Positions 11,055 through 21,551 of a stretch of DNA of 64,000 nt are shown here, piece after piece. Location: positions 49,532 through 113,531 of the forward strand of contig RQSC01001079.1 of the NCBI GenBank assembly GCA_013416795.1, read 5' to 3'. The DNA is from Prasinococcaceae sp. CCMP 1430. Lineage: Eukaryota > Plantae > Prasinodermophyta. How positions within the stretch are numbered: position 1 is the stretch's first letter; every line of letters starts with the position of its first letter. Position numbers and translations under genes: made by a program. The notes below the pieces were generated by a model. The model did not search any database. It was given only the letters and a program-made list of their open reading frames with translations, and was not told the DNA's origin.

Positions 11055-11330
11055 CGAGAGCGCGCGAGCGCCTTCGCCGCCTTTGCCGCCTGCGCCTGCG
11101 CCGTCTTGGCCGCCTTCGCTGCCGCCTGCGCCGCGATGGGCGCTGCCTCCGCCGCCTGCGCCGCCTTCATCGCCTGCGCCGCCTGCTCCTGCGCCGTCTT
11201 CGCCGCCTTCGCCGCGACAGGCGCCGCCTGTGCGGCCTTCGCCACCTGCGCCGCCTGCGCTGCAGCCTGCGCCGCGACGGGAGCCGCCTTGGCCGCCTTG
11301 GCCGCCTTGGCCGCCTTGGCCGCAACACCT
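11055..11330 (-). repeat. Coding-like Ala/Lys/Gln-rich repeat (AAKAAK/AAQAA)
   Basis: Reads VAAKAAKAAKAAKAAPVAAQAAAQ...QAAKAAKALAR with codon-like periodicity (gcg gcc aag). It is out of frame with the lipase ATG at 11049. Confidence 0.6.
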
Positions 11331-12355
11331 TGCCCACGGCAGTAGTGGCCGGCGCGCCACACATCTGCGACAACCCCCCGAGGGGGCCGCGGCCGGCAGC
11401 GCCGGCGCCAACCACCGCCGCCACGCGCGCCGCAAAGCAGCCATACACAAACCCTCTCACCAATACCAACCAACCTCAAAAACGCCATGGCACGGTGAAT
11501 CAGAGCATCCCCATCGGATGTGTTTGTACAGAGGTCGTCAAAAAAAATCGTCCGCCTCGCCAGGCGGATTTGCGCCCGCCTAAAAATCGTTCCAGCGCGC
11601 GCCGCTTGGCCGGTGCGCGCGGGTTTACCCAGGCTACTCATGGAGACTTTCCGCACCCCCGCCGCTGCGGCGCCACCGCGCGCGCGCGCGTCCCGTCGTC
11701 GGCCCCAGCCCGACTTTCGGTTCGGATGGAGCGCGGCGTTTTGGTTTTGGTTTCCCCACGGGCGCCCCGGCGTCCTCAGCCGCAGCCTCGGCCGCACCAT
11801 TTCATCCACATCCCGATCCATTCCCTGACGGTTGGTCGGGCGAATTGCCGCACAGCATCGATGGATAGATGGATGGGTGAATGCATGATGATGATGATCC
11901 CGCCCGGCCGGGGCTCGCACCAACCGTAATCAAATCCGGATCGATTCGCGAGAATTCGAGCGGTCGGCGGCGACGGCGTCCCCGCGGTCCGGATTCGGAT
12001 TCAGGTTCGGCGGCGGGCTCGCGGGCCAATTCGGTTGGATTGGTTTTGCGCGGATTTTTTGGTGCGCGCGCGCGCGCCACACGGCGCGCGCGGGCGGCTC
12101 GACCGCCAAGAACCCTCCTCCTNCACGAGCGCGCACACTGCAGGGACCACCGGGCTCAAGATTCCTGCGTCAGCCCAGGCGCGCGCGCCAGCTCGCCGCG
12201 CGGGCGGCGGCGCCTCGAAAGGGCGCGCCGGCCACGCACGCGCGCGCACGCGCAAGCGCAAGCGCAAGCGCGCGGGGAAGGCCGAGGTGGAGCGGAGGGG
12301 GAAGGGTGAAGAGAGTGGAGCGCGCCGCGCGCTCCGCGGGAGGCGGCCGCTCGCG

Positions 12356-13859
12356 ATGATGATCGAGCCTTCCCTGCTCGCCCGCGTGACGGGCGCGGCG
12401 CTGGGCGCGCCGCCCCTCCGCGCGGCCGAGGAGAGCGGCGCCGACAGCGGCGCGTCGAACGTGCCGGCGCACCTGCCGAGCACGAGCGGGCGGGCGTGGG
12501 CGGGGGGCGCGCCTGCGGGCCGCCCGCGGGAGCGGCGCGCGCAAGCGGCGAAGCGCTCGCGCAGCGGCGCTCGGAAGTCCAAGTCGGCGGGCGCAAACAC
12601 GACCTCGGACGAGGGCAGCGGGGGGTCAGCGAGGCAGCCCTCCAGCACGGGCGGTGCGTCGCAAGGTTCGGCCGGGCGCAGGGGCAGGCAGGCGCGAGCG
12701 GGAGGGCGCGCGGTGTCCAGCGCGCCACGGCCGACTGCTGGCGTGCCGGGCGGCGCCGACCAGCGGCGTTTGCCGCTCGCCAGCGCCGCACCCTCGACGC
12801 TCAAGCGGCAACGCAGCGGCACGCGCAAGTCCCCGGGGAGCTCACAAGACACACAGAGCGTGGTCGCGGCCGCGCCCCTGCCGCCACCGCCCAGGCTAAG
12901 CAAGGCCGAGCTTCGCAGGAGCCTCGACTCGGTGCCCGGCGAGGGCAGCGCGGCGCGCAGACGAAAGCTGACGGTGGCGTGCGCAGTCTGCGAATGGGGC
13001 GGTGGCGTCGTGGAGTGCGGGCTGTGCCTGACCGCCTTCCACCCGGACTGCATGGAGGAGGGGGACGCGCGCACGTTGCTTCGCGAGGGCGAGGAGCACT
13101 TCACCTGCTCGAGCTGCCGACACCACTTCCACGAGTGCTTCCTCTGCAAGGAGGGCGCGCCGGACAGGAAGCTGCTGCGGTGCGATGCGGACGACTGCGG
13201 CTTGCACTTCCACCCGAGTTGCATGCGCCGCATGAAGCTGGCGGTCTCGGTGGATCCCGAAGACGACTCGGTCTTCCTGTGCCCGCATCACACGTGCGCG
13301 ATTTGCAAGGTGCGTGCGACCCAGCTGGCACTGTGCTGTGCCGTGGGCCCCCCGACTCATACGTCGTGGCGGCGCTCGTGCGGATGGAGCGCTGCCGCGC
13401 GCGCCGGAAACGCCACCCGCCTTGCTGACCCGCGCGCGCCGCCCGAACCACCCGTCGGCCCACGCGCCGCGTGCCACCCATGCGCAGACCCCCGCGCGCT
13501 CAACCCTGACGACCCGCTGCCTGCGCTGCCCCAACGCCTTCCATATCAAGTGTGTGCCGGACGCCGTGCGGAAGGCGGCGGAGAGCGCTGGCATCTGGCC
13601 GAATCGGATGATATGCGACATGCACCCGCAGCCTGCTGGCGCGGGCCTGCGCGGCCCCTGGTCCGTGCAGCCGGCCATGCCGTCGTGGTCCCCCCCGGAC
13701 ACCTCGGAGGACCAAGCGGCGTGCGTCTTGCAGGCGATCAGCGGTGGAATGATGAAGGGCCTGCAGCACAGAATATCTGCTTCCGGCCTGGGCAATGACG
13801 ACTCCGGCTCCGACACCTCCTCCGACGAGGATACGAGCAGCGACGAGGAATCCAGCTGA
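12356..13859 (+). CDS. Tandem PHD-finger protein (NSD-type PHD array, no SET domain seen); intron 13310-13487
   Basis: CAVC..VECGLCLTAFHPDC, CSSC..CFLC..LLRCDADDCGLHFHPSC, CPHHTCAIC|..RCLRCPNAFHIKC..ICDMH. The start is uncertain because of a single N at 12123. Confidence 0.8.
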
Positions 13860-14228
13860 GGGGCACACGCACCCCACGGGCGCGCCGTAGGCGCGCAGGG
13901 CAATCCCATGCGCTCCATGATTCGTAATTGCCAGCTCGTTCGCTTGGCACTCGCCGCGGCCTGCGTCCGTCCCGCAGGCGCAGCTCGCTCGCCCGGCCCC
14001 ACCGCGCGCTCGCGCGCACTGCTCGCGCAAGGTGCCAACGGGTCGGGTCGTGAGGAAGGCGCTTGTTAATCACACGACTTCGCCTTTTTTCAATCTTACA
14101 GCCAGGACTACGGGTCCCGAGGACCGGGTGTCGGCGACGCGCAAGCCGGTGACGCCACCGGGGCCGTCGGCCTCCCCGAAAGGCGCCCGCACCGTCACAG
14201 CGGGCGCACACACCAAGCCGGCCGCGGC

Positions 14229-14555
14229 TTAGCCGCGCGACGCGATGTTGTTGCTGAGCCAGTCAAGCCCCTCGTACAGCCCCTCACCCGACGTCGCGCA
14301 CGTGCTCTGGATGTACCAGTGGCGCTGGCGCAGCGAGTTCAGGCCCAGCTTGTCCGTGATGTCTGCGCAGGTCATGGCGTTGGGCAGATCCTGCTTGTTG
14401 GCGAAGCACAGCAGCACAGCGTCACGCAGCTCGTCCTCGTTCAGCATGCGGTGCAGCTCATCGCGCGCCTCGCCAATGCGGTCGCGATCGTTGCTGTCCA
14501 CCACGAAAATGAGGCCCTGCGTGTTCTGAAAGTAGTGCCTCCAGAGGGGGCGGAT
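14229..14555 (-). CDS. ARF1: ADP-ribosylation factor 1, last exon only
   Basis: [26 protein letters not shown]...[11 protein letters not shown]...[33 protein letters not shown] acceptor at 14557-14556. I could not find the 5' exons. Confidence 0.9.
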   Translation of the reverse strand: MRPLWRHYFQNTQGLIFVVDSNDRDRIGEARDELHRMLNEDELRDAVLLCFANKQDLPNAMTCADITDKLGLNSLRQRHWYIQSTCATSGEGLYEGLDWLSNNIASRG

Positions 14556-14723
14556 CTACGCGAAGTGAAGGTGTTGATGTGACGGAGCCGGCAACAAGAG
14601 GGGGGGGTCCATCGCGGCGGAGAGGCCGTGGCGCACGGTGCATCAGACGATTCGCCGTGTCATCCGCGACACGCCGCAAGAGGCGAGCGCGCACGCGCGT
14701 GAACGCGCGAGTCGCGGCGGTGC

Positions 14724-16154
14724 GTGGCCATTGTCGGCGGCGGCATCGGCGGGCTCGCCCTTGCGCTCGCGCTGCAGCGCGGCTCGCCGGGGGCGCACGT
14801 GCGGGTGTACGAGCGTGACGCGCACGTCGACGAGCGCATGCAGGGCTACGGCCTGACGCTGTCCACCACAAACGCGGCGCTGGAGGCGCTCGGCCTGCTC
14901 GAGGAGCTGCGCGAGCGCGACACGCCATCGCACGCACACTGGGTCTTCGAGGGCAGCGGGGCCGTCATGGGGTACTTCGGCCGCGCGTTCTGCGGCGACC
15001 GCGAGGGCGAGGAGCGGCAGCGCGGCAACATCCGTGTGCCTCGTCAGGTGCTGCGCAAGATGCTGCTCAAAAGGCTCAAGCCGGGCACGGTGGTGTGGGA
15101 CTCCCGCCTGCGAGGTTTCCAGCAGTGCGCCGACCCAGCGGATGGAGGTGCCAGCAGCGTGCGGCTTGCTTTCGAGCCGCGTGCGGATGGGTCGGCACAC
15201 CCTGCGGACGGGTCGTGCGTCGCACTGCTGGTCGGTGCCGACGGCGTGCGCTCGCGCGTGCGCGCGCTGCTGGATGCCGCCGATGGCGCCAGCGGGGCGG
15301 AGGCAGGCACGAGCGCATGCGGTGGGGCGCGCGCGCAGCACTTACCGGATCGGCAGTCACAGCGGCAGACTCAGCAGCAGCAGGAGCAGGAGCAGGAGCA
15401 GCAAGGATCGGCTTCGTCGCTGCGCTACCTGGGGGTGCTCATTACGACTGGGCTGACGTCCGTGCAGCACCCGCTGTTCGAACGGCAGGGGTACTACACG
15501 CTCGACGGCGTGTCGCGCCTGTTTACGATGCCATTCCAGCAAGCGGACGCCGCGAGCGGCGCGCCGGCGCTCACGATGTGGCAGGTGAGCACGGCGATGG
15601 AGTCGCTGTCGGAGGCTGCCGCCGTGGCCGAGGGGCCCAAGTCGGCGCTGCTCGACCTGCTGGAGGCGCGCTGCAGCGCGTGGCACGCGCCCATGGGAGA
15701 GGTGCTCGCCGCGGCACGCCGGGCGCTCACGCTCCCCCGTGCGGGCGATGGGCGCAACTGCGCGGCGGGTGAGCACGGCGCTCTGTGGGCCACGCCGCTC
15801 TTCGACAGGCTGCCGCGCAGGCCGCCCGCCAAGGGCGAGCGGAGGTGCGTGACCGTGCTGGGGGACGCAGCGCACGCCATGAGCCCCTTCAAGGGCCAGG
15901 GTGCCAACACTGCACTCTTCGACGCCTGGCAGCTCGGGGCGTGGCTGCGCAAGTGCCCCATCGCGAGCGCGGTGGGCAATTACGAGCGCGAGATGGCCAC
16001 GCGCGGGACGCAGCGCGTCACCGCCAGCCGCGAGGCCGCAGCGCTCTACCACTCGCCGGCGGCGCTCGCGCCATGCAGCGCCCCCGGCGTCCAGGGCCTG
16101 GCGCCCGCAGTGGCCGCGCGGGTGTGCGCCGCGCTGCGCNTTGGCGTGTGCTGA
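14724..16154 (+). CDS. FAD-dependent monooxygenase (aromatic-ring hydroxylase type), 5' end incomplete
   Basis: VAIVGGGIGGLALA Rossmann motif, VGADGVRSRVR, LGDAAHAMSPFKGQGANTALFDA. No in-frame ATG (stop at 14700-14702). N at 16140 near the C-terminus. Confidence 0.85.
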   Translation: MAIVGGGIGGLALALALQRGSPGAHVRVYERDAHVDERMQGYGLTLSTTNAALEALGLLEELRERDTPSHAHWVFEGSGAVMGYFGRAFCGDREGEERQRGNIRVPRQVLRKMLLKRLKPGTVVWDSRLRGFQQCADPADGGASSVRLAFEPRADGSAHPADGSCVALLVGADGVRSRVRALLDAADGASGAEAGTSACGGARAQHLPDRQSQRQTQQQQEQEQEQQGSASSLRYLGVLITTGLTSVQHPLFERQGYYTLDGVSRLFTMPFQQADAASGAPALTMWQVSTAMESLSEAAAVAEGPKSALLDLLEARCSAWHAPMGEVLAAARRALTLPRAGDGRNCAAGEHGALWATPLFDRLPRRPPAKGERRCVTVLGDAAHAMSPFKGQGANTALFDAWQLGAWLRKCPIASAVGNYEREMATRGTQRVTASREAAALYHSPAALAPCSAPGVQGLAPAVAARVCAALRXGVC

Positions 16155-16171
16155 CGACAAGCGCTGCGTGA

Positions 16172-17681
16172 ATGCGCCTGCGCGCTCGCGCTCGCGGTCG
16201 CGGCTGCAGCCGCCCTGGCAGGCACGGCCGCGGCGGACGCCAAGGAGGGCGCGCGCCCCGAGTCGGAGCTCATCGACGACATCGTCGAGCTCGTGTCGAT
16301 TCCCAGCGTGAGCGCCCTGCCGGCGCACAAGGCCGACGTGCGGCAGGCGGTCGAGTGGTTCGCCGCGCGCCTGCGCCGCGGCGGGTGGTTCCCGGACGCG
16401 CGAGTGATGGAGACCGGCGGCCACCCCGTCGTCCTGGCGACGCTCGACGCGACGATCCCCGACGACGCCCCGACGGTCACGATATACGGCCACGTCGACG
16501 TGCAGCCCGTAGATCCGCTCGACCTCTGGCGCGCCAACCCCTACGCGCTCCGGCGCGAGACCCTCAACTCGACGGGTGAGGACATCCTCGTCGGCAGAGG
16601 CGCGTGTGATGACAAGGGGAACCTGCTCGCGGCGCTCGCCGGCATCGAGGACTACCTCGGCGCGCAGCGCGGTAACTCACTGGTGCGTGTCGCCTTCTTC
16701 GTTGAAGGACAGGAGGAGATCGGCTCCCCGCAGCTGGAGTCCTTCATCGAGGCGCACAAGGACACGCTGGCCACGGACTATGTGCTGTCGGCCGACGGCT
16801 CGCAGCCGGCGCCCGGCGTGGCAGGCATCGTGGTGGGGCTGCGCGGCGCGATGGCCCTGCAGGTCGACGTCGTGGGGCCCGCGCAAGACCTCCACTCGGG
16901 CTTCTGGGGCGGCGTGGTCGCCAACCCTTTGGCGGGCCTTGCCAGGTTGCTCAGCACGCTGCACGAGCCGGACGGCACCATCGCGGTGGACGGATTCTTC
17001 GACGGCGTCGCGGAGCCCACAGACAAGGAGCGAGAGTCGATGGACAGGTTCCCCTTCGACGAGGCGGCCGCGATGGCCGAGCTGGGCATCGCCGAATGGG
17101 GGCCCGGCGAGCGCGGGCGCAGCCTCCTCGAGCGGCGCTGGACGCGGCCTACTATCGAGGTGGTGGGCATGCACGGCGGCTTCACCGGCGAGGGCATCAA
17201 GACAGTCCTGCCGAGCGCGGCGAGCGCCAAACTATCATGCCGCCTCGTGCCCGGGCAGACGCCTGCGCGCGCCCTCGCGGCGGTATCCGCGCACCTCGAG
17301 CGCGAGGCGGCGCGCATTCCCGGCCTGCACGTTGACGTATCCGAGCTCTCCTTCAAGGCCGACCCGTACTATGCCGACGCTGACAGCCCCGCCAACGCCG
17401 CCGCCGCGCGCGTGCTGGAGGGCGAGTACGGTGCCGAGCCAGTGCTCTACCGCATCGGTGCCAGCATCCCCGCCGTGGGCTATTTCGCCAAGCACCTGGG
17501 CGCCCGGACGACGCTCCTAGCCTTTTCGCACCAGGACGAACGAGCGCACTCCCCGAACGAATTCTTCCGTCTGGACGGCGGGATGCGCCGCGCGCGCCGC
17601 ACGTACGCCGCCATCTTGCCCGCGCTCGCCGAGGAGCACGCCAAGGCGCGCGCGCAAGGGGGAGCGCGCGACGAGCTCTGA
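16172..17681 (+). CDS. M20 family metallo-dipeptidase with signal peptide and C-terminal RDEL; apparent 2-nt frameshift at 16180-16185
   Basis: YGHVDVQP, GRGACDDKG, EGQEEIGS, DLHSG and HSPNE motifs; ends GGARDEL. ATG 16172 is out of frame with the hydrophobic leader. Confidence 0.85.
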
Positions 17682-17770
17682 GCAATGAGCGAGCGAGCGC
17701 ATGGGGCATGCAACGCGCGCGAGCATAAAAATGTACAGGCATGATACATCAGGGGTTCGCCGCCGTCGTT

Positions 17771-18469
17771 CTATGAGAGCTCGGCGAGCATTTCGAGGCC
17801 GCCGGCGACCTCGTCTAGGATCTCACCGAGCGCTACAACCGCGGCGCCTTTAGCGCCCGCCGCCGCGCCGCTAGCGAGCGGGGCTGCGACGGCAGCGAGC
17901 GGCGCACCGACGCCCGCGCCTGCGTGCGCGCGTGTCCGGAGCAGCAGCGCCACGCGCTCCGCTGCACCTGCGCTTAGGTCGCGCGGGGTCGGCGTCGGTG
18001 CCGGCGCGGTCGCCGGCGTCGGCGGCGACGCTGGGGGGTTGTTCACATGCGCATGCATGTGTGCGTGTGTGGTCTCGTGCGCGGGCGCTGATGGCAGCCG
18101 CGGGAACGCCGTCGGAAGTGGCGTGGGTGCCGGCAGCGGCGTGGGCGGCACGCCGATCGCATCCGTGCCCTCTGCAAGCTCGTCGGCGGTGTCCGCTGCT
18201 GCGCCCACGGCAACCTCGACGGCGCACTGCGCCACGCTTGCACCGAGCGCGGCAAGCACGCCGCCTGCGGCAGCAGCAAGCGCACCCACGGCCGTCGCAA
18301 CGGCCGTGCGCGCGCGCTCCGCCTCAGCGTCCCCCTCCTCGCCTTCCCCCTCCGCCGCGCCCGCTCGGCGCAGCACGACGCACCCCGTGGACGGCGCGCC
18401 TGCCCCGCCTACGCCACTCAGACCGCCCGCTGCGCTCGCGCTGTCCCCCTGCGCGGCCGCACTGTCCAT
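17771..18469 (-). CDS. Hypothetical Ala/Pro-rich protein (may be only the 3' part)
   Basis: 232-aa ORF from ATG with plausible composition and a helical C-terminus (ALGEILDEVAGGLEMLAELS). No family recognised. Confidence 0.4.
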   Translation of the reverse strand: MDSAAAQGDSASAAGGLSGVGGAGAPSTGCVVLRRAGAAEGEGEEGDAEAERARTAVATAVGALAAAAGGVLAALGASVAQCAVEVAVGAAADTADELAEGTDAIGVPPTPLPAPTPLPTAFPRLPSAPAHETTHAHMHAHVNNPPASPPTPATAPAPTPTPRDLSAGAAERVALLLRTRAHAGAGVGAPLAAVAAPLASGAAAGAKGAAVVALGEILDEVAGGLEMLAELS

Positions 18470-18730
18470 GACGCGGTTTGTGCGGCCGCCAGGCCAGCGC
18501 CGCGAGGAGGGTGTGGGTGTGTGCTTGCGTGTGTTCGTGCGCGTGTGTGTGCGTGCGCCGGCGTGTTTGTGTGTGTGCGCGCGCGCGTGCGTGGCGCACA
18601 GCCACGCGGGGTCGCCCGGCAGCGCGGCCCTCGCGAGCGCGACTGCCTCTGCGTGGTGAGCACGGCACGCTGCCGCGAGCGCCGCCTTGCCCCCGCGTAG
18701 GCGCCGCGCGCTCGCGTTGGGCGCTGCGCN

Positions 18731-18960
18731 TGCGCTTTGTGCCGCGCGACCGCCGCGCGCGCTCGCGCGTGAACCGTCAGCTCAGGAACCAATGCCTCGG
18801 CGAGGTTCGCAAGCAAGCCCCTGTCGTACGCGTTGTACGCGAGCGCCGCATCGGCGCCTCCCCGGGCGAGCGCACGGTCGCACACGCGCCGCGTGGCCAC
18901 ACGTCGCGCTCGCAGGCGGCGCCAACATCCTGCGATTCCGTCGCCGCCGCCGCCGCCGCC
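18731..18960 (-). other. Orphan exon-like fragment resembling the C-terminal motif of DHHC palmitoyltransferases
   Basis: YNAYDRGLLANLAEAL resembles NxYDxG..N..E.(F/L). No DHHC-CRD or TTxE motif nearby. Bounded by the N at 18730. Confidence 0.25.
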
Positions 18961-19219
18961 GAGGCCTCTGGCACACGAGCGCCCGCTTGGACTCGCACGC
19001 ACACACACGCACGCACACAGCCTGGTCAAAACGCACCGTATATCAGGGTTTAACATCTGGCGTAGCGTCCATAGCGTGATGGAAAATGTAGTGTCACGCG
19101 TGGGATCGACGGGGCGCATGGCGTTGAGGTTTTGTACTAACCGCAATTTCTATCCTCGAGCACGCTGGTTTTGATGTTGGAGTGTCGGGTGGTGGTGCAA
19201 TTGCATTGCGTCATGACAT

Positions 19220-19257
19220 AAACCCTGAAATAAACCCTAATTCGGTTGTTGTTAGGG
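19220..19257. promoter_or_regulatory. Telo-box-like cluster upstream of the GT14-like gene
   Basis: AAACCCTG (19220), AAACCCTAA (19232) and TTAGGG (19252) within an AT-rich island. Confidence 0.45.
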
Positions 19258-19430
19258 CGGAGCGAGCGGTGGCGCCAGCGGCGCCAGGGTGTTGACAGCG
19301 GCGGTGCCGGCCGCCACACCCGCGGCCGCGGCAGGGGCAGGGTCGTCCGCCGGCTGGCGGGGCGCGCCGGGGGCAAGCGCGGCGCGGGGCGCGCGACGCC
19401 GCGCTGCACCCTCGCAGTGCAGGCGGATCG

Positions 19431-21347
19431 ATGCGTGGTAGGAGGGGAGTCTGGGGACGGGCGGTGGGGCGCCGTGGGCGCGCGGCGGCGGCGAGCGCGG
19501 CGCTGCTGGTGCTGCTCGCGGCAGCGGCTGTGCTCGTGGCAGCCCGCGCGGGTCCCTCAGCGGCGGAGCTGGCGCGCGACAGGAGGAGGCAGGCAAAGGG
19601 AGGGCAAGTGGAGCACACCCCGCAATGGGACCATTTCAGCAGCGTGACAAAGACTGTCGCGAGGCAGCGCGCGCGTGGCGGCCGCTACAATGTCACGCCC
19701 TCTAAGACGCGCGGCCTGGGGCTGAGCCGCGCCGCCATGGGCGCACTCAAGGCCACGACAGCCGCGCGAGGTCCTCCCAGAGCGGCGAGAGGGGTGAGCG
19801 AGGCGAGGCCGGAAGGAGACGATCACGCAACGACCGAGGTCCAATCGGCCTCGCCGCCAAGTGATGGTGGTGTAGAGACCCACGGAGGTCTGCTGGGCGC
19901 AGTAATGGCTGGTCTGCGAGCGCTGTACTCCACGAATTCAGGACGCGATGGGGAAGGAGAGGGCGACATCGATGACGACCCCGAAATCGGTCCAGGCGCG
20001 ATGGCCGCCATGCTCGCGAACGCTGTGCCCAATGGCTTCAACGTGAGCGCGCGCGACCCGCGCTCGTACCGATTGCTGGAGCCTGCCGAATGCGACGCAC
20101 GGCGCGTGCTGCCCGCTCGCGACGCCAAGGTGGGCTTTCTTTTCTTTCTGACGCACGCCACCATGCCCGAGCTCATGTGGCGCGCGTTCTTCGAGGACGT
20201 GCCGCCGGAGCAGTACCGAATATACACGCACGTCAATCCGGACTGCCCCGCGTTCTCGAAGCCAAAACCTCACAACTGCACGTTCGGCCCCGACTCTTTC
20301 TTCCACAATACCGCAGCGATAGACGTGCAGACTGGTGAGGTGCTGCGGATACGTACGGGGCGCTTCTCCTTCAGCCTCATTCAAGTGGAGCGCCACATGC
20401 TCGCGCACGCGCTGAAGGACGACCCGCTCATCGACAGATTCTTGCTGCTCAGCGAGACTAGCGTGCCGATGTGGCCCTTCTCCGCCATCCGAAGGGCAGT
20501 CATGCTTCAGCCCGCAATGATCAACACCGCGCGAAACTTTCTCCCCGAAGCTCACGCGCTGAGCGCGCACAACAAGCGGCTATTCGAAGGTGCCCACGCG
20601 CGCCGTCGCTTTATGCAATACGAGGCAACGGAGCGCCAGAGAATCGCTGCGCTCTACCTGGTAGGCACCACTCCCGCGTACAAGGCCGTGGTTAAGCCCG
20701 GCGAGTGGGGCAAGAGCTCGCAATGGTGGGTGCTAACGCGCAAAGAGGCGTGTGCGGTCACCACTGACTGGGAGGTGACTGCAGCGCACGACAAGTCGTG
20801 CTATGTGGGCGGCTGCTGGGCCGAGCCAGGCGAGGTGCGCCACAAGCGGAACTCGTGGTACGAAGTCCACGCTCCAGATGAACACTATTTCCCCACGACC
20901 ATCGCCCACTACGGCCTCGGCAAAAGCCCCATCTGCTTCGGTAGTCACAAGGTTGCTTGGCCAGACGACAGCCTGGGACACACGAAGCTGTTTGCGGGCG
21001 ACCGAAACCGCCTGCGACCGCACGAGCTCGCAACATTTCGCGAGGAAATCTGGAATGATGGCCACGAGGACGTCTTCGTCGACCTGGCTGCGGTCAACCC
21101 GCAAGAGTACCTTGACGAGTTTTTGCCCGAGGACGCGTTGGACCAGGAAGGCTGCAATCTGCATCGCGTGCCATCGATGTGTCGCCTGTTCGTGCGCAAG
21201 GTGCCCTTCTGGGAGGCCGACCTTCAGTACATGGACGACAACATGCGGGGCGTGTGGAGCACCGACCGCACGGGCTTCCCGGAGCCGAGCGGGCCGAGCT
21301 GGCCTTGCGCGAACTTCTCGACGCGGTACCGTGACGTGCACCTTTGA
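19431..21347 (+). CDS. Core-2/I-branching (GT14-like, DUF266/BC10-type) glycosyltransferase, type II membrane protein
   Basis: N-terminal TM (ALLVLLAAAAVLVAA), KVGFLFFL..LMWRAFF..YRIYTH, VERHMLAHAL.D..IDRFLLLSETSVP, KSSQWWVLTR, PDEHYFPT. Confidence 0.8.
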   Translation: MRGRRGVWGRAVGRRGRAAAASAALLVLLAAAAVLVAARAGPSAAELARDRRRQAKGGQVEHTPQWDHFSSVTKTVARQRARGGRYNVTPSKTRGLGLSRAAMGALKATTAARGPPRAARGVSEARPEGDDHATTEVQSASPPSDGGVETHGGLLGAVMAGLRALYSTNSGRDGEGEGDIDDDPEIGPGAMAAMLANAVPNGFNVSARDPRSYRLLEPAECDARRVLPARDAKVGFLFFLTHATMPELMWRAFFEDVPPEQYRIYTHVNPDCPAFSKPKPHNCTFGPDSFFHNTAAIDVQTGEVLRIRTGRFSFSLIQVERHMLAHALKDDPLIDRFLLLSETSVPMWPFSAIRRAVMLQPAMINTARNFLPEAHALSAHNKRLFEGAHARRRFMQYEATERQRIAALYLVGTTPAYKAVVKPGEWGKSSQWWVLTRKEACAVTTDWEVTAAHDKSCYVGGCWAEPGEVRHKRNSWYEVHAPDEHYFPTTIAHYGLGKSPICFGSHKVAWPDDSLGHTKLFAGDRNRLRPHELATFREEIWNDGHEDVFVDLAAVNPQEYLDEFLPEDALDQEGCNLHRVPSMCRLFVRKVPFWEADLQYMDDNMRGVWSTDRTGFPEPSGPSWPCANFSTRYRDVHL

Positions 21348-21551
21348 CCCCCGTGACCGCTCTAACGCGTATTGACGCCTGCTGGCACAGACAGCTCGGC
21401 TCGGCACGTGCTGTATAGTAAAATGTAGCTGTTCATTTTTTTGTGTCAAAGCGCACCCATGCGCGTGCGCGCCCCGCCCCACTGTTACTTTCCGTTGACG
21501 CCTCAGAGGCGGCACTCTGCGCGCGGGCCGCGCTGCCGGCGCGGGCTGCCG

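Noticed and set aside
14724-17681. Monooxygenase and M20 peptidase lie in the same frame separated by one TGA (possible readthrough or fusion)
   Set aside because: A single-N join at 16140 makes the frame relationship meaningless, and the peptidase has its own ATG and signal peptide.
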